Assembly (NCBI GenBank): GCA_038215615.1
Contig: JBBQQR010000020.1
Span: forward strand, 1 to 43,825
Source of the DNA: Vulcanimicrobiales bacterium
GTDB taxonomy: Bacteria > Vulcanimicrobiota > Vulcanimicrobiia > Vulcanimicrobiales > Vulcanimicrobiaceae
DNA: 43,825 nt
Direction: 5' to 3'
Each line of letters begins with the position of its first letter. The first letter of the stretch is position 1. A program made the position numbers and the translations under genes. This document shows, one piece after another, positions 42,601 to 43,825 of the stretch. Below the pieces are notes generated by a model. That model did not search any database. It saw only the letters and a program-made list of their open reading frames with translations, and was not told the origin of the DNA.

Positions 42601-43825
42601 AACTCGACCGGCAAGTCTATTCGGCGGGGGACACGGCGACGGTGGCCGTCGCCTCGCCTTACAGCCGCGCCGATCTCTATTTGTCGGTCGTGCGCGACCG
42701 CGTGCTCTATAAAACGCTGATCCACATCGACGGCAGCGCGCCGCGCGTGCGCATCCCAATCGTGCAAGCGATGTTTCCGAATGCCGCCGTTGAGGGCGTG
42801 CTTGTTCGCCGCGGAGCGCCGCTTTCGTCGGGCGCGGTGCAAAAGCCGGATAGTCTCGTGCGGCTAGGGATTGTCGCGCTGACGCTCGATCTCCACCCGC
42901 GTTACTTGTCGGTGCGCATCACGCCGGGGCAGGCGAAAGCGCAGCCGGGACAGCGCCAAACCGTGCGCCTGCAACTCCGCGACAGCAGCGGAAGAGCGGC
43001 GCAGGGACAGTTCACCGTCATCGTCGCGGACGATGCTATCCTCCGGCTGAGCGGATACCGCCCGCCCGATCTCGTCCAAACCGTCTTCGCGGCCCAGCCG
43101 ATTTCGACGCGCTACGCGGATAACCGCCCGCAGGTTACGCTGGCGCAACCCAAGGACATGGCGCAGAAAGGCTGGGGTTTCGGCGGCGGCTTCCTAGCCG
43201 GCGCCGCGAGCACGCGCGTGCGGACGCACTTCGTCCAACTCGCGTATTTCAACGGTTCGGTGCAAACGGGCGCGAACGGGAACGCCGTCGTTTCGTTCAG
43301 CGTACCGGATAACCTGACGACGTGGCGCATTATGGCGGTCGCAATGTCCGACGGCTCGACGCCGCGCTTTGGAAACGCGGACGCAACGTTCATCGCTACC
43401 AAACCGCTCGTTACTGATCCGCTGTTGCCGCAGTTCGCGCGCACGGGTGATCGTTTCGACGGCGGTTTGCTGCTTCTCAATGGCTCGAGCGGTTCACTCG
43501 ACGCGCGCACGCAAGGCACGCTCACCGGCGCGCTGAGTTTCGCGTCCGCTCCCAGCGCTTCGGTCCAAGCCCATCAAACATTCGCGCCGGGTATGAACGC
43601 GTGGCGTTTCGGTATGATCGCGGGCGCCGGCGACGCGGCGTCGGTGCAGTTCCGGACGCTCGCCGGCAGCAGCGACGCTTTCGAAGTGCCGTTTGCTATC
43701 CGCAACACGGACGTCACCGAGTCAGTGATCGACTCGGGAGCGACGGCCACGCAGACGCAAGTCCCGCTTCGGATCGGGAGCGGCGCCGGGACGGTTCGGG
43801 TTGACCTCGCGGGCTCGCTGATTCC
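39699..43825 (+). CDS. Bacterial alpha-2-macroglobulin lipoprotein, 3' end truncated by the window edge (not in ORF track)
   Basis: GTG 39699: MRGRLALAAIGILTVVSA|CGK lipobox. In the same frame: SDRQMYQPGE (~41520), FRVAEFHPPNF (~41790), bait region KGWGFGGGFLAG, PDNLTTWRIMAVA (~43305), LPQFARTGDRF. The track shows no terminated ORF in this frame, consistent with no stop. Confidence 0.92.
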   Translation, partial: MRGRLALAAIGILTVVSACGKPPTRGLESVARLPSPSAPAWIAQVAPLGKVTSSAQIRVIFANPVIPVAQLGSASEKDLLAHFRVTPALAGSFVVLTPRMIAFESDSALPRATRVRVTLTSGLRDLSGHALDRDLAWTFETDPIVLRNANQSPDATPTPFTVSLRPTVQLSSNTQLDADSLASSAVFHSGAGDTPSAAAQESPDPDGGSWSYAISPQSDLRKDTAYTLTVEPGVLPKAGNLASVKALTVAMHTYSPLAFISARPTADPMTSTGNPRFSGGDPVLIFNNALDPKTYPQHIRLQPSPRPVGQLYSISDDGTTVSINPYALSPKTNYTLWADAALQDVYGQQLGRDARAQFAAGDLAPYFWAPTGFNMFVASQNLQLQYSAINLPGNSYRAAYHAIAPAELIYADESDVSKLLPDPMDWAAFGVHAAPNTQVPINISLRDRLGSSMGMLAYGAEAGTNSGNSFSGSVALTNLGVFAQWFPQTANIMVQRLNDGAPVSGAPVSVYVMHTYDQGPVDPNPQPCAAGATGANGALAFASIDLARCYAGNRPADQAPELLTVARSGSDWSFVRTYAWSGAYTYNLGSLDSTWSNGQPISRGVIYSDRQMYQPGERGWLTAVCYVLQNGTLKADANAQYSVVLTDPNGAKRTLPAQTSNRYASFSFPVTFSKTQPLGYYTVTATGPGGAQMTGNFRVAEFHPPNFSVDVNLDRTYAAAGSSVNAAGSAKYLFGAPMGGASATFHVTREQISITPKGWDDFSFGRQWLWPEQQPDASGDVSQQSVTLDSAGKGSYAVTVPQELPYAMTYRIDLEATDASHLTSSATQTFTAVPAASLIGLRSDFVGTVNAPVSVGVIVTDPAGKAQSGTRVHVELQKMQYSGVTQVVEGAESARNQVQYSTVAQADATSGNAAQTVALVAKDPGSYRIRANFSGAAGDATATDTQVWISGPGQAVWGDQNPSQLQMKLDRQVYSAGDTATVAVASPYSRADLYLSVVRDRVLYKTLIHIDGSAPRVRIPIVQAMFPNAAVEGVLVRRGAPLSSGAVQKPDSLVRLGIVALTLDLHPRYLSVRITPGQAKAQPGQRQTVRLQLRDSSGRAAQGQFTVIVADDAILRLSGYRPPDLVQTVFAAQPISTRYADNRPQVTLAQPKDMAQKGWGFGGGFLAGAASTRVRTHFVQLAYFNGSVQTGANGNAVVSFSVPDNLTTWRIMAVAMSDGSTPRFGNADATFIATKPLVTDPLLPQFARTGDRFDGGLLLLNGSSGSLDARTQGTLTGALSFASAPSASVQAHQTFAPGMNAWRFGMIAGAGDAASVQFRTLAGSSDAFEVPFAIRNTDVTESVIDSGATATQTQVPLRIGSGAGTVRVDLAGSLI

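Noticed and set aside
39666..43825. Apparent gene desert of short ORFs at the right end
   Set aside because: Explained by one unterminated alpha-2-macroglobulin ORF.

Overview
GC-rich, very densely packed bacterial chromosome segment, mostly housekeeping genes. Firmicute/actinobacterial-like gene order plus diderm-type envelope genes suggest a diderm Terrabacteria lineage such as Eremiobacterota; this taxonomy is inference only. Order: a small accessory block (LEA/CsbD-like ORF cut by the window edge, secreted pepsin-like protease, orphan HerA-family ATPase, membrane-anchored hypothetical); tRNA-Leu(TAG) and tRNA-Gly(GCC); a ~24 kb co-directional run tig-clpP-clpX-valS-pyrR-pyrB-pyrC-carA-[moxR-DUF58-vWA-pdxH]-carB-pbpA-pknB-ruvCAB-spoIID-like-queA; convergent rqcH/NFACT; gmk-rpoZ-glmS-hyp-rph-hyp-mlaEFD-panE; convergent pbpC; and a divergent alpha-2-macroglobulin lipoprotein that runs off the right edge and is absent from the ORF track. 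No CRISPR, IS, integrase or phage genes were seen. The most striking signal: three coupled genes (pbpA, spoIID-like, queA) get their most natural N-termini from CTG codons overlapping the upstream TGA, and pyrC may start at ATT. Other points are a sigmaB/SigF-type promoter on the LEA-like gene, a trans-envelope MlaD with a C-terminal beta-region, a MoxR-vWA cassette splitting carA from carB, and internally shortened CarB and RqcH.
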